Shown: positions 43,596 through 53,236 of the stretch, piece by piece | Numbering within the stretch: position 1 is the stretch's first letter | Layout of the letters: every line of letters begins with the position of its first letter | Translations under genes and position numbers: made by a program | Notes under the pieces: model-generated | What the model was told of the DNA's origin: nothing | The model's database searches: none | The model's input: the letters and a program-made list of their open reading frames with translations, nothing else | Source: a virus | Lineage: Duplodnaviria; Caudoviricetes | Reading direction: 5' to 3' (one strand) | Length of the DNA: 53,698 bases | IMG/VR virus record: IMGVR_UViG_3300028802_000020 | Coordinates: 1-53,698 of that record

Positions 43596-43918
43596 GCGAC
43601 CTGACAGCAGAAGAGCAGCAGCAAATGGGCGAGATGCTCGACGGGCTCCACGCCCACGGCTACGTCGATGTCGCAGAGCACGGGAAGCTCCGGCCGGGCG
43701 TCCGGATCCGGCATCGGGGAGAGCGGTACCCGGAGGCGTTGGAGCACGGGACCGGCATCGTGCTGGCCATCACGGAAAGGCCCGACTCGCCGTGGTCGAA
43801 GACGTACGGCGCTGCCGACATCGAGCTGATCACGCTGTCCGACAAGGCGCGGTTCAACTCGCGGCTGTCGCAGCTTGCCCAGTACCACGTTGACGTGATC
43901 GGCGGTGGGCAGCGGTGA
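43592..43918 (+). CDS. hypothetical protein
   Basis: GTGA-coupled ORF. Confidence 0.6.
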   Translation: MSDLTAEEQQQMGEMLDGLHAHGYVDVAEHGKLRPGVRIRHRGERYPEALEHGTGIVLAITERPDSPWSKTYGAADIELITLSDKARFNSRLSQLAQYHVDVIGGGQR

Positions 43919-44217
43919 GCTACGACGTTCACGGCGCGAACGGCAAGCCACGTATGACCAGCAGCCGCTGCACGAGCTGCATCCTCGGCGGCGAGAAGTC
44001 CATCACGCCCACGCTGCGCCCCGGACGGCTCAAGAGCTTCATCGAAGAGACGCTGCGGAACGAGTCGTTCGTCGTCTGCCACTCGACCTACGACGCGCAG
44101 CCCGCCATCTGTCGGGGGTTCTACGAGTCGTTCTCCACCAACCACCTGCGGATCATGGAGCGCCTCGGCGGGTTCGAAGAGATCGAGCCGCCAACCCTCC
44201 TATGGGGTGAGCGGTGA
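43915..44217 (+). CDS. hypothetical Cys-rich protein
   Basis: CTSCI..L.PGR..CHST..AICRGF. Confidence 0.65.
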   Translation: MSYDVHGANGKPRMTSSRCTSCILGGEKSITPTLRPGRLKSFIEETLRNESFVVCHSTYDAQPAICRGFYESFSTNHLRIMERLGGFEEIEPPTLLWGER

Positions 44218-44348
44218 TGCCGAAGAACCCCGGCCAGCAGGGCCGACCCGGCGGTGACAAGGACCGCCCGAAGGACAACCCGGGCCGCAAGTCGACCGGA
44301 CCCGACAAGCTCTCCGGCGGCAACGCCCCGCCCAAGACCGGGAAGTAG
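44217..44348 (+). CDS. 43-aa low-complexity peptide
   Basis: TGATG-coupled; Lys/Pro/Gly/Asp-rich. Confidence 0.4.
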   Translation: MPKNPGQQGRPGGDKDRPKDNPGRKSTGPDKLSGGNAPPKTGK

Positions 44349-44355
44349 GCGTGAG

Positions 44356-44730
44356 ATGACCACGATCAACTTTGAGCGGCTCGACGCTGCAATCACCCAC
44401 GGGTACGAGCACCCCGAAGAGTTCGACATGGACGCCTGGTTCCGGCGTATGCCCTGCGGCACTACCGCCTGCCTCGCCGGAACTGTGGTTCGTCAAGCGG
44501 GATGGGAACCCAGCGAATTCGACGATGAGACCGGCACGACATACCTCGCAGGCAAAGACGGCCATAAGCGCTCCGTCCGCTACGTGGCCGCCGAACTGCT
44601 GGGACTCGCCCACGACCAGGTCTCCGCGATGTTCTACGTGGCTGACCTCGCGGCGGTCATCGACGTCCGCAACGAATGGGCTCGTGAGGCTGACATACCA
44701 GAACGCGCGTGGGGTGCTCCCGATGCCTGA
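44356..44730 (+). CDS. hypothetical protein
   Basis: HPEEFDM..W..CGTTACLAG motif. Confidence 0.65.
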   Translation: MTTINFERLDAAITHGYEHPEEFDMDAWFRRMPCGTTACLAGTVVRQAGWEPSEFDDETGTTYLAGKDGHKRSVRYVAAELLGLAHDQVSAMFYVADLAAVIDVRNEWAREADIPERAWGAPDA

Positions 44731-44953
44731 GGTCAAGGGCTGGAACGTTCGCCGCATGTGGTGGGAGCTGACGAAGCTGCTCTTCCGCGGCATCGGCGGC
44801 TACAACGTCTACTTCCGCGTCAACGACCTCAGCGACGAGGCGCAGGAGGACTACGACAGCGAGAACTGGGGACCCGTCGACCTGCACTGGACCGACGACA
44901 GGGATCACTTCGTCGTCGTCAACGCCGAGCCAGTGGAGGCCACCAATGCCTGA
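44723..44953 (+). CDS. hypothetical protein
   Basis: overlapping ORF with GC-biased codons. Confidence 0.55.
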   Translation: MPEVKGWNVRRMWWELTKLLFRGIGGYNVYFRVNDLSDEAQEDYDSENWGPVDLHWTDDRDHFVVVNAEPVEATNA

Positions 44954-45227
44954 GCACTCGCTGTTTCCCACGAAGCACCGCAAGGCATTCCTGCGCGCAG
45001 TCGCCGTCCCCGGCAGGGTCGTCGGCTACCGCTCATCGAAAGAGGCGTGGGACAACGTGGCAGCCCTTCAGGTCACTGCCCGCCTGCAGGAGGCGTTTGA
45101 CGCCGGCTGGGTCGAGCCGATCCCGCACGCCGATCTCTGGCCCGGTGCCAAGTCGAGAGATCAGGTCATTTACTTCCGGCTGACCGTGGCCGGCAAAAAG
45201 CTCATCGAGGAGAAGAGCAATGGCTAG
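44946..45227 (+). CDS. hypothetical wHTH-like protein
   Basis: GGAGG RBS; AGWVE..FRLT.AGK. Confidence 0.55.
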   Translation: MPEHSLFPTKHRKAFLRAVAVPGRVVGYRSSKEAWDNVAALQVTARLQEAFDAGWVEPIPHADLWPGAKSRDQVIYFRLTVAGKKLIEEKSNG

Positions 45228-45459
45228 CGGACCGACGCACTACCGAACGGCCGAGGCCCTCATTGATGTGCTTCACCGAAAGATGGAGGAGGGCGGCCCG
45301 CTCGACCGCGGCGACATGGACTCCACCTGCGCGCTTGCCCAGATCCACGCGACGCTGGCGGTTGCTGCCGCCTCTGCCATGAACATCCGCCGGAACGGCG
45401 CAGTTGAAGACGCCGACGCTGCGGCTGGGTGGGAGCGCGTGCTCGGTGGTTCGTCGTGA
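45220..45459 (+). CDS. hypothetical protein
   Basis: HY..AE.L..AQIHATLA.AAA motif common in actinophages. Confidence 0.65.
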   Translation: MASGPTHYRTAEALIDVLHRKMEEGGPLDRGDMDSTCALAQIHATLAVAAASAMNIRRNGAVEDADAAAGWERVLGGSS

Positions 45460-45830
45460 CGACTGTGGAGCCCGCCGAGGTGCAGCCGTTCTCCCCGCTG
45501 GAGACGATGCCGTCCATCGACGCAGCTTTCGAGGAGATCGACCGTCACCTCGAGGCCATCGAGCGTCTCCGGGCCGGTATCACGGTCCGGCTGGACGAGC
45601 AGGGGCGGCGGATCTGCGGGGTGGCGACGATGGGCGCCGGCCTCACCCCGATGGAGGTAACCGTTGCCCGGCTGCTGCTGTCGCCGCTGACGGTCGTCGA
45701 GATGGCCGCGAAGTTGTTCATCTCCGTGAACACGGTGACGACCCACCGCAGAAACATCTACACGAAGCTCGGCGTCAACAGCCGTGCAGCGGCTGTCGAT
45801 GCTCTGACGTCCCGTGGGGTGACGTCGTGA
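45456..45830 (+). CDS. LuxR-type HTH regulator
   Basis: LTPME..VARLL..EMAAKLFISVNTV.TH.RNIY.KLGVNSR. Confidence 0.85.
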   Translation: MTTVEPAEVQPFSPLETMPSIDAAFEEIDRHLEAIERLRAGITVRLDEQGRRICGVATMGAGLTPMEVTVARLLLSPLTVVEMAAKLFISVNTVTTHRRNIYTKLGVNSRAAAVDALTSRGVTS

Positions 45831-46048
45831 CCCCCGACCCGCAGGACTACGCCCGCACCGCTGCCCAGGAGCGCGCCGACGCCGCTCTGGTCGAGCTGCT
45901 CGGCCGCGCGATCCGGGACGCCGAAAACCTCGAGGGCGCCGGCGCCGAAATCCTCGCCATCGCCAACGCCAAAGCAGCCAACGCAGACCGGCTCACCGAG
46001 ATGGCTGCTGAGCGGCTTCAGGACTCATCGGAAGGACAGAGCGCGTGA
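45827..46048 (+). CDS. hypothetical protein
   Basis: GTGA-coupled on both sides. Confidence 0.5.
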   Translation: MTPDPQDYARTAAQERADAALVELLGRAIRDAENLEGAGAEILAIANAKAANADRLTEMAAERLQDSSEGQSA

Positions 46049-46683
46049 TGCGCGAATACCCGAAGATCTACGGCCCGTTCAACCGTCACGTCGATGGTCC
46101 GGACCGGAACAAGCTCATCGAAGGGCAGTGGTCGCGTCCGGAGATCGGCTACCTCGCCGAGTTCGAGTGGGAGTTCACCGAGAAGGTGGACGGCACCAAC
46201 ATCCGGGTGCACTGGGATGGTCACAAGGTCGAGTTCGGGGGCCGGACCGACCGGGCGCAGATCCCGGCCAAGCTGATCGCGGTGCTGCAGAACCTGTTCC
46301 CCGAAGAGCTTTTCGAGCAGCAGTTCGGCGAGACCGAGGTGACGCTGTACGGCGAGGGCTATGGCGCCGGCATCCAGAAGGGTGGCGGGAACTACCTGCC
46401 GACCGGCGTCAACTTCGTACTGTTCGACGTCCGCGTTGGGGACTGGTGGCTGCTGCGCAAGGACGTCGTCGACGTGGCCATCAAGATGGGCGTCGACTGC
46501 GTCCCGATGACCCTGATCGGCACCATCGCCGACGCCATCGCCGAAGTCCGCGCCGGGCTCGTGTCGGAGTTCGGCCCGACGGCATTCCCCGCTGAAGGCG
46601 TCGTCGGCGTGACGTCGGCCGGGCTGCTCGACCGGTCCGGTCACCGGATCATGGTGAAGATCAAGACGGCCGACTTCCGGTGA
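46045..46683 (+). CDS. RNA ligase (Rnl2-like nucleotidyltransferase domain)
   Basis: motif I EKVDGTN, YGEGYG, FVLFDV, EGVV, VKIK. Confidence 0.85.
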   Translation: MMREYPKIYGPFNRHVDGPDRNKLIEGQWSRPEIGYLAEFEWEFTEKVDGTNIRVHWDGHKVEFGGRTDRAQIPAKLIAVLQNLFPEELFEQQFGETEVTLYGEGYGAGIQKGGGNYLPTGVNFVLFDVRVGDWWLLRKDVVDVAIKMGVDCVPMTLIGTIADAIAEVRAGLVSEFGPTAFPAEGVVGVTSAGLLDRSGHRIMVKIKTADFR

Positions 46684-46931
46684 GCGTCTACTTCCCGGCC
46701 GTCCTAGACGGCCGTATCTCCAAGGCCGAGTGCCGTACCCGCCCCAAACGGGAGTGGGGACGTGCCACCGAAGCCGTGGTGTACAGCGTCACCGCCAGAG
46801 CCCTGCGGGCCATCAAGCGGCAGGAAGCCGAGGTCCGCAACGAGGACACGCCGCTCCCCCAGGACCCGCCGGTACCGCCGGGAGTTGGCCGCAGCACTGG
46901 CAGAAGCAGCAGCGAAAAGGAGGAAGGGCCG

Positions 46932-47312
46932 GTGATCACCTACCCGTACACAGAGGTCGGTGTGACCGACGCGTTCATCGCGCTCGGGCTCGACCCGGAC
47001 GACGTCGCCGAAGTGCTCACGGAGGAAGGGATTCGGGGCATCCCGGGCAGTGACTGCAACTGCCCGATCGCCCACTACCTCGAACAGTCGATCGTGGGCT
47101 GCGCTTCCGTGGGCGTCTTCCTCGATGACGCTCTTGGCCGTGAGCGCGAGGCGCACGCACGCCTTGAGGCGCTGGAGCATCTCGCCCTGGCAGCTGACGA
47201 CGACGGCGTTCTGCACGTCGACCTGACCGCTGCCGTCATCGTCTTCATCCGCCGCTTCGATGCCGGGAAATACCCAGAACTCATCGAGGAGAACAGCCAT
47301 GCCGCTGCGTGA
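46932..47312 (+). CDS. hypothetical protein
   Basis: AGGAGG RBS before GTG; CPIAHYL..FI.RFD.G.YPEL. Confidence 0.6.
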   Translation: MITYPYTEVGVTDAFIALGLDPDDVAEVLTEEGIRGIPGSDCNCPIAHYLEQSIVGCASVGVFLDDALGREREAHARLEALEHLALAADDDGVLHVDLTAAVIVFIRRFDAGKYPELIEENSHAAA

Positions 47313-47565
47313 CCTGCTCACCCGCCAGTCCGAGCACATCGGACGCCACGCCATCGAGCGACGCCCGCCGGAAGGGACGGTGTGCGTCGACTGCCGGAGG
47401 TCAGAGCCTGGCACCGAGACGGAACCCGTCGTCCTCGCCGAGTGCTCGATCTGCCGGGTGTGGCGGTGCACCCGTTGCTACGCCCAGCATTCGGCCCCGG
47501 CCGGGTGGGACGACCCGAAACCGCCGTGGTGGAAGCGCGCGCTGAAGGCGGTGCGCCGTGGTTGA
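47299..47565 (+). CDS. zinc-finger protein
   Basis: CVDC..CSIC..C..C...H. Confidence 0.55.
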   Translation: MPLRDLLTRQSEHIGRHAIERRPPEGTVCVDCRRSEPGTETEPVVLAECSICRVWRCTRCYAQHSAPAGWDDPKPPWWKRALKAVRRG

Positions 47566-48124
47566 GACTCTCACCGTCGCGGGTGTCATCGCCGTTGCGC
47601 TCTTTGCCCTGCTGATGCTGTCCCGTCCGCGCAAGGTGATGGCGGGCGAGATGACCGAGCCGATGAACCTCGAACGCAACCGGGCAAAGTCCGAAGCCAA
47701 CATGGCGGCCGCGGAAACCCAAGTACTCACCGAGGCGGATGCAGGTGAGGCGGCGGTGCTGGTCGGCCACTTCCGGGACCTGCCCACCGACGAACAGCCG
47801 CTCGTCACGCCCGTCCGCCGGCACACCGGGCACCGCAGGCCGGTCCGGTGGCAGCGGGTAGCTGCGCGCCGACGGGTTGTGCGCGGCTTCGCCACCGACC
47901 CGCTCGGTGCTGCCATCCCGGGCCGTCACCGCCGCGCTGAACCGGTGGAGCACATGTCGATGGCGCTGGCCTGGTTCACCACCCCGGCAATCGAGGCCTC
48001 CCGCTTCCCGGAACTCCCCGCCGAGCCCGAGCCGTTGCCGCCGCTGGATTTCACCGGCGAGTTTCACCGGAGCGACCTGTTCGCGCTGCTTGCTGCTGCT
48101 GACGAGGTAGGTGCACAGCGATGA
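47558..48124 (+). CDS. membrane-anchored hypothetical protein
   Basis: N-terminal TM helix. Confidence 0.55.
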   Translation: MVETLTVAGVIAVALFALLMLSRPRKVMAGEMTEPMNLERNRAKSEANMAAAETQVLTEADAGEAAVLVGHFRDLPTDEQPLVTPVRRHTGHRRPVRWQRVAARRRVVRGFATDPLGAAIPGRHRRAEPVEHMSMALAWFTTPAIEASRFPELPAEPEPLPPLDFTGEFHRSDLFALLAAADEVGAQR

Positions 48125-48420
48125 AGCTCTACATCCGCTCCCCGGGCGACGCCCCGCACCGCATGTCGGATGAGTTCCCCGACTTCGCAGAGTGCGGCAC
48201 CGTCCTCATCGGTGCGCAGGAGATTACCGAAGCGCAGGCGCAGGTCTACCTCGGCAACGTGCGCTGCCAGACCTGCTTCCCGTTCCGGCTCCCAGGTGAG
48301 GACCGCGAGTACTTCGGCTTCGCGGAGATGTTCAACGAGGAGCTGGGCCCGGACTCTGTCACCGCACGGTGCACGGCGTATCCGGTGTCGTGGCGGAAGA
48401 CCGCAGGTGAGCCACGATGA
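48121..48420 (+). CDS. hypothetical Cys/His protein
   Basis: H..ECG..CQTCFP. Confidence 0.55.
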   Translation: MKLYIRSPGDAPHRMSDEFPDFAECGTVLIGAQEITEAQAQVYLGNVRCQTCFPFRLPGEDREYFGFAEMFNEELGPDSVTARCTAYPVSWRKTAGEPR

Positions 48421-48602
48421 CCGCCCTGATCCCACCTGTCGCCCTGCTGGTGCTGCTTCTAGTCCTTGCCCGCCGTCCCCAGCGCACTGCCCAAAAGACT
48501 CAGCGAGAAGCAGCACGGGGCGCGCGGCTGGACACCTACACACCGCAGTCCCAGGACCGCCTCTGGGATGACTGGCTCAGGCACCACGGTGATTCGGGAT
48601 GA
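48417..48602 (+). CDS. small membrane protein
   Basis: hydrophobic N-terminus, coupled. Confidence 0.5.
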   Translation: MTALIPPVALLVLLLVLARRPQRTAQKTQREAARGARLDTYTPQSQDRLWDDWLRHHGDSG

Positions 48603-48703
48603 CCCGCCAGCCGAGGAGCCTCAACGTCGTCTTCACCATCGCAGTCCTCCTGGCCGTCCTCATCACGATCTACCTGATCTGCGGAGGGGCGCTGCTCCGA
48701 TGA
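48599..48703 (+). CDS. 34-aa single-TM peptide
   Basis: ATGA overlaps at both ends; VVFTIAVLLAVLITIYLICGG. Confidence 0.5.
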   Translation: MTRQPRSLNVVFTIAVLLAVLITIYLICGGALLR

Positions 48704-48933
48704 GTCTCTTCAAAGCCTGGTGGTACCGACTGCTCCACGATCCAGAGCCGTGCAACCCGCTGCTGGAACGACGGCTCGACGATATCCCGCTGCCGGCACA
48801 CATCGTCGCTGGACAGGACCTCGACGACTCGAAGCTGATCGCCGAACTGCAACTCGCGTACATGCGCTACCGCCTCGGTGAGGACATCTTCGCGGGTGCC
48901 CGGCATGAGCAGTCTCCGGAGGTGAAGCGGTGA
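48700..48933 (+). CDS. hypothetical protein
   Basis: GGAGG RBS, coupled. Confidence 0.5.
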   Translation: MSLFKAWWYRLLHDPEPCNPLLERRLDDIPLPAHIVAGQDLDDSKLIAELQLAYMRYRLGEDIFAGARHEQSPEVKR

Positions 48934-49301
48934 GCACGAGCTTTGACGCGTTGCGCATCCGGCGCGTGCTCGGCATCGGGGACTGGATGGCACCGAAGCC
49001 CTTCGGCCCCGACGGCTGGAGCTTCCTGCACCGCCGCTCCGACTCGTCGGTGATCGTGTCGTGCTCCGACCTCACCGGCGCCGAATGGGTGCACGCCTCG
49101 ATCGCGCACCCGGACCGGATGCCCACCTACGACGACCTGAAGCTGCTACACAGCGCAGTGTTCATCGGCGGCTGGGCGTACCAGGTGTTCGCGCCATTCA
49201 GCGACCACGTGAACATCCACGAGCACGCCCTCCACCTCTTCGGACGGCTCGACGGCAAGCCTGAGCTTCCGGACTTCACCGGCGGATCGGGGTCCATCTG
49301 A
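48930..49301 (+). CDS. conserved phage hypothetical protein
   Basis: W.HASI..RMPTYDDL..F..HVNIHEH.LHL motif. Confidence 0.7.
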   Translation: MSTSFDALRIRRVLGIGDWMAPKPFGPDGWSFLHRRSDSSVIVSCSDLTGAEWVHASIAHPDRMPTYDDLKLLHSAVFIGGWAYQVFAPFSDHVNIHEHALHLFGRLDGKPELPDFTGGSGSI

Positions 49302-49317
49302 TGGCCGTGATCCCACC

Positions 49318-49662
49318 GTGAGCTTCTTCTCCTACCTCCGCACCCGCTCGGCTCTCCTCGATGAGCTTGAAACCTTGCGGGCCGCGAACACCTACCTGAC
49401 CCGTGGCCGCCCGGCTGAACTCCTCGCCGAGAACGAAGCCCTCCGCTCCGAGAACGCCCAGCTCCGCTACGACCTCGCAACCGCGTGGCTGGCGTCCTGG
49501 ATTCGGCGCCCAGCCACACCGCCGAAGGCGGCTGCTCCTCCCGAAAACGCTCTACGCATCGACCAACGTGAACCCCACGCCGTTCGGGTGGGCCGTCACC
49601 AAGCCCGAGACCCCGAACTGACCGAGATCCATCCGCGCATTCCGCGCAGCCCCCTCAAGTAG
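49318..49662 (+). CDS. coiled-coil hypothetical protein
   Basis: LLAENEALRSENAQLR heptads. Confidence 0.5.
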   Translation: MSFFSYLRTRSALLDELETLRAANTYLTRGRPAELLAENEALRSENAQLRYDLATAWLASWIRRPATPPKAAAPPENALRIDQREPHAVRVGRHQARDPELTEIHPRIPRSPLK

Positions 49663-49672
49663 GAGACCTCCC

Positions 49673-50029
49673 ATGAAGACGATCGCCCAGATGACCGCCG
49701 AGGTCCGCGAGGTGAACACCGAGAAGGGCTGGCGTCAGGGCAGCAACACCTTCGGCGACTACATCGCCCTGCTGCACAGCGAGTTGTCGGAGGCGCTGGA
49801 GGCATACCGGGATCACCGGCTGGAGGACGCGACGGAGGTGTGCTTCGGCAACCACGTCCCGAAGCCGGAAGGTGTGGGCAGTGAGTTCGCCGACGTGCTC
49901 ATCCGCCTCGTCGACGTCTGCGACATCTACGGCATCGACCTGGACGCCGAGTACGAGCGGAAGATCGCGTTCAACCGCACCCGCTCGTTCCAGCACGGTG
50001 GCCGGACGCTGAACGAGGCCACCAAGTGA
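49673..50029 (+). CDS. MazG-like nucleotide pyrophosphohydrolase
   Basis: LLHSELSEALEA..EFADVLIRLVD..IDL..K...N..R. Confidence 0.85.
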   Translation: MKTIAQMTAEVREVNTEKGWRQGSNTFGDYIALLHSELSEALEAYRDHRLEDATEVCFGNHVPKPEGVGSEFADVLIRLVDVCDIYGIDLDAEYERKIAFNRTRSFQHGGRTLNEATK

Positions 50030-50325
50030 GTGCCCGCCCGTTCCTTCTCGGTGCCGCTCTTCTGCTCGTGCTGTCCGGCTGCGGCAACAGTTCGCAGAAG
50101 GACGCACCGGAGCCGACCCCGGCGAACATCGTCAACGGCACCAACACGCAGGTGATCCAGATGCCGGACGGCTTCCGCAACATCGCCTTCACCTGCTACG
50201 GCCCCAACGGTGTCTACGTCACCTCGCGCGGCGTCTACCAGGCCGGTGGAGAGCACGCCACGCCGCTCGCCTCGTCGGTGTTCGTGCTCGCCAACGATCC
50301 GCACTGCTCCGGCAGCGCCAAGTGA
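50026..50325 (+). CDS. lipoprotein
   Basis: signal peptide with LSGC lipobox; MPDGFRNIAFTC. Confidence 0.7.
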   Translation: MSARPFLLGAALLLVLSGCGNSSQKDAPEPTPANIVNGTNTQVIQMPDGFRNIAFTCYGPNGVYVTSRGVYQAGGEHATPLASSVFVLANDPHCSGSAK

Positions 50326-50828
50326 GCACCGAGGAGCGCCTCAGCAAGGCGTCCGCCGCCGGCAAGCGCGCGGCGAGCCCGTACGAGAAGCAGGACAAGT
50401 CCAGCGGCATCTACAAGGTCTACATGGTGGGCGCCTACGCCTTCGAGGCGGCGATCGCCCTGTGGCTCGGCCGGCACGGCGCTCCATGGTGGATGACGTG
50501 GGGCTGGTGGGCGCTGATCGCCTGGTCCGTGTCGATGACTGTCGTCTTCCTGCCTGTGGCGAACAAGCTCAAGCGCCGGAAGATGCTCCTGGCCCTGGAG
50601 CAGGTCCACCAGGTCCGCCTGCTCGACGCCTCCGATCCGGTCGGGCTCGGCCTCGGTCATCTCTTCGATGCCGATCCAGACCTCGACCACGTCAGTGCCG
50701 AGGCAGGCGTCCGCTTCGCTCTGGCCCGGGTGAATTCGGTCATGGACGAGGTCGACAAGTCGACGCCGGAGCCGAGCTTGTGGGGCTACACGATCGGCGA
50801 CGACGGCAAGGCAACCAAGACCAAGTGA
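50322..50828 (+). CDS. membrane protein
   Basis: two TM segments. Confidence 0.6.
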   Translation: MSTEERLSKASAAGKRAASPYEKQDKSSGIYKVYMVGAYAFEAAIALWLGRHGAPWWMTWGWWALIAWSVSMTVVFLPVANKLKRRKMLLALEQVHQVRLLDASDPVGLGLGHLFDADPDLDHVSAEAGVRFALARVNSVMDEVDKSTPEPSLWGYTIGDDGKATKTK

Positions 50829-50833
50829 TCTTC

Positions 50834-50863
50834 CCGGTGGACCGTTCCTGAACGGTCCACCGG
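50834..50863. other. perfect intergenic inverted repeat
   Basis: CCGGTGGACCGTT-CCTG-AACGGTCCACCGG. Confidence 0.6.
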
Positions 50864-50895
50864 ACCCCCAAAAGCTCATCGAGGAGGGAAGTCCG

Positions 50896-51189
50896 ATGGC
50901 AGTCAAGCATGGCCGCCGTACCGGCGAGTGCCGTCGTTGCGGCCGGGTCGAGGAACTGCGAGCCCGCGGCCTCGATGCTGCCTGCTGGATGGCAGCGAAG
51001 GGCAACGGAACCCTTGCCAACTATCCGCTGACCAACCGCCCCCTCGCCGTCACGGCCGAGGAGTACGAGTTCCTGCGCTCCTTCGGTGAAAGTCATGAGC
51101 AGATTGCCCTGCGGCTGAATCGCAAGCCGAAGGCGCTCCACGACGCAATGACCCAGGCACGGCGGTCCGGTCTGGTCGGTGCGTCATGA
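50896..51189 (+). CDS. zinc-finger/HTH protein
   Basis: CRRC..ARGL..AC; EQIALRL. Confidence 0.6.
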   Translation: MAVKHGRRTGECRRCGRVEELRARGLDAACWMAAKGNGTLANYPLTNRPLAVTAEEYEFLRSFGESHEQIALRLNRKPKALHDAMTQARRSGLVGAS

Positions 51190-51713
51190 AGCGCTCCCCG
51201 ATGCCGCCACGCAAGAAGGCGCTGACGTCCTCGACACCGCTCAACCCGGGCTCCGGGCTGAGGCGTACCAGCATCCAGGCGCAGCGGGCCGGCAGGGAGT
51301 CGTTGAGCGCCCGCGGCACGGGCAAGAGCGCACCGAGGAGAGAGAGCGTTCCGGTCGGACCGAGCAACGAGGTCCGGGACGCGGTGATCGAGCGAGAGCG
51401 GCACTCCTGCCTGATCTGTGGCTACGGCGTGGGCCCGGACGAGCGTGGCCGGCGTTGGTCGCTCCACCACCGGCTCCGGCGCGCACAGGGCCCGGACCAC
51501 AGCATCCAGAACCTCATCCTGCTGTGCGGCGGATCCGAGGCGGACGGCTGCCACCAGCGGGTGCACCGCGACGTCGACGACGCCCGCGCCGGCGGCTGGC
51601 TGCTGAAGGGCCGCATGGAGCCGCTGGCCAAGAAGCTGTTCATCCCGCTTGAGGACCGGTGGGTCTACCTGACCTCGGTCGGCACCTACCACGACGTGAA
51701 GGAGGTGGCGTAG
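51186..51713 (+). CDS. HNH endonuclease
   Basis: CLICG..LHHR..NLILLCG..GCH..VH. Confidence 0.8.
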   Translation: MKRSPMPPRKKALTSSTPLNPGSGLRRTSIQAQRAGRESLSARGTGKSAPRRESVPVGPSNEVRDAVIERERHSCLICGYGVGPDERGRRWSLHHRLRRAQGPDHSIQNLILLCGGSEADGCHQRVHRDVDDARAGGWLLKGRMEPLAKKLFIPLEDRWVYLTSVGTYHDVKEVA

Positions 51714-51716
51714 CCG

Positions 51717-51836
51717 ATGCATCTACGGACCTACCTGCGCCAGTCGTTGAGCGTGCTCCCGCTGGGCGTGGGCTGGTGGCTCCGCGACGTGTGGACCGGT
51801 CTCCGCTGGTGGTGGCGCGAGCGGGGGCGGTCCTGA
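51717..51836 (+). CDS. 39-aa Trp-rich peptide
   Basis: TGATG coupling to the next gene; WWLRDVWTGLRWWW. Confidence 0.4.
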   Translation: MHLRTYLRQSLSVLPLGVGWWLRDVWTGLRWWWRERGRS

Positions 51837-52273
51837 TGCGCGTGCTCTTCACCTGCTCCAGGACGTACACCGACCGGGACACCGCATGGGGCGTGCTGGA
51901 CATCATCGCCAAGAACGCAGCAGCGATCGGCGACGACGAGATGGTCATCGTGCACGGCGCCTGCTTCCCGAAGGACCGGGAGACCGGCCAGCCGCTCGAG
52001 GCGTCGGACTACCTCGCCTACCTGTGGGTGCGCCGCGGCGACCATCCGCTCCCGGTCCGGCATGAGGCCCACCCGCCGCAGTACGCGACCTACGGCCGGA
52101 AGGCCACGTGGATCCGCAACTCGGAGATGGTCAAGTCCGGCATCGACATCTGCCTGTCGTTCGAGACGCCCGGCTCCAAGGGCGCCAAGGGCACTGCGGA
52201 CTTGGCGGAGCGGGAAGAGATCACGGTCCGCCGGTTCCACGCCGAGGAGGTGTCCGATGCCCTCGGCGGGTAG
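51836..52273 (+). CDS. SLOG-family (DUF2493-like) protein
   Basis: MRVLFTCSR.Y.D, VIVHGA, RN.EMV..D.CL.F..GSKG. Confidence 0.8.
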   Translation: MRVLFTCSRTYTDRDTAWGVLDIIAKNAAAIGDDEMVIVHGACFPKDRETGQPLEASDYLAYLWVRRGDHPLPVRHEAHPPQYATYGRKATWIRNSEMVKSGIDICLSFETPGSKGAKGTADLAEREEITVRRFHAEEVSDALGG

Positions 52274-52535
52274 CTACGAGGTCCGTTCCCTCGACCACCC
52301 GGAGCGCACCGCGGTCGTATACCTCTCCGGCAGCCCACGGCGGGACGCGATCCTCCGCTTCATCGGCGACTTCTGGTACGGGCACGGCTACGCCCCGACC
52401 GTCCGGGAGATCGGCGTCGGTGTCGGGCTGCACTCGATCTCCTCGACGCATCGGCATCTGGCGCTACTCGAGGACGCCGGCCGAATCGCGCGGGAACGGG
52501 AGACCGCGCGGTCCATCAGGGTGGTGGAGCAGTGA
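52257..52535 (+). CDS. LexA DNA-binding-domain protein
   Basis: ILRFI..GYAPTVREIG..VGL.S.SS...HL..LE..G.I.R..RSI. Confidence 0.85.
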   Translation: MPSAGSYEVRSLDHPERTAVVYLSGSPRRDAILRFIGDFWYGHGYAPTVREIGVGVGLHSISSTHRHLALLEDAGRIARERETARSIRVVEQ

Positions 52536-53236
52536 GGCTGACGAGCACCGCGCCGGTGCGTCTGCACCTGGACAAGCTGCGGAAAGAGGCCGGTCTCGGC
52601 ACCCGCCGGATCGCTGAACTGGCGGGCGTGTCCCGGACAGGTGTCGAGGGTGCCCGCCGCAACGAGCGCATGTACCCGTACATCGCCGCGGCGATCCTGG
52701 CCGTACAGCCCCGGGAGGTGCTGCCGAGGCATCTGGTCGACGCGACCGGTACCCGGCGCCGGATGCGGGCATTGGTCGCGTTGGGGTGGTCGTTCCGGGA
52801 GCAGGCCCTCAACGCCGGGATCGCCGTCGACCCGTACCGCAGATCAGCGGGTGTGGGAGGGGTGCGGCTGGCGACCGCCCGGATGGTCGGCGACGTCTAC
52901 GACCGGCTTTCGATGGTCCGCCCGGACGGCCGGGCAGCGGGCTGGTCGCGGCAGTTCGCGCACCGGTGTGGCTGGTTCCCGCCGCTCGCCTGGGATGACG
53001 ACCGGATCGACGACCCCGACGCGCTGCCCTGCCTGCTCCCTCCGGTGCGTCCTTGTTCCCGGGAGCTCGAGCTCGCGGTGCAGCACGTCGCCGCCGGCCA
53101 TGACGTCGAGGTGACGACCGCGGTGCGGCGGGAACTCATCCTCCGGACCTCGGACCGTCCCATGAAGGTCGTGGCTGAGTTGGCCCGGTGCTCGTACGAG
53201 ATTGTCCGTCGTCACCGACTGGGGGCTGCGGCGTGA
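52532..53236 (+). CDS. HTH DNA-binding phage protein
   Basis: RIAELAGVS; VDATGTRRR.RALVALGW; GW.PPLAWDDD.IDDP. Confidence 0.75.
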   Translation: MRLTSTAPVRLHLDKLRKEAGLGTRRIAELAGVSRTGVEGARRNERMYPYIAAAILAVQPREVLPRHLVDATGTRRRMRALVALGWSFREQALNAGIAVDPYRRSAGVGGVRLATARMVGDVYDRLSMVRPDGRAAGWSRQFAHRCGWFPPLAWDDDRIDDPDALPCLLPPVRPCSRELELAVQHVAAGHDVEVTTAVRRELILRTSDRPMKVVAELARCSYEIVRRHRLGAAA

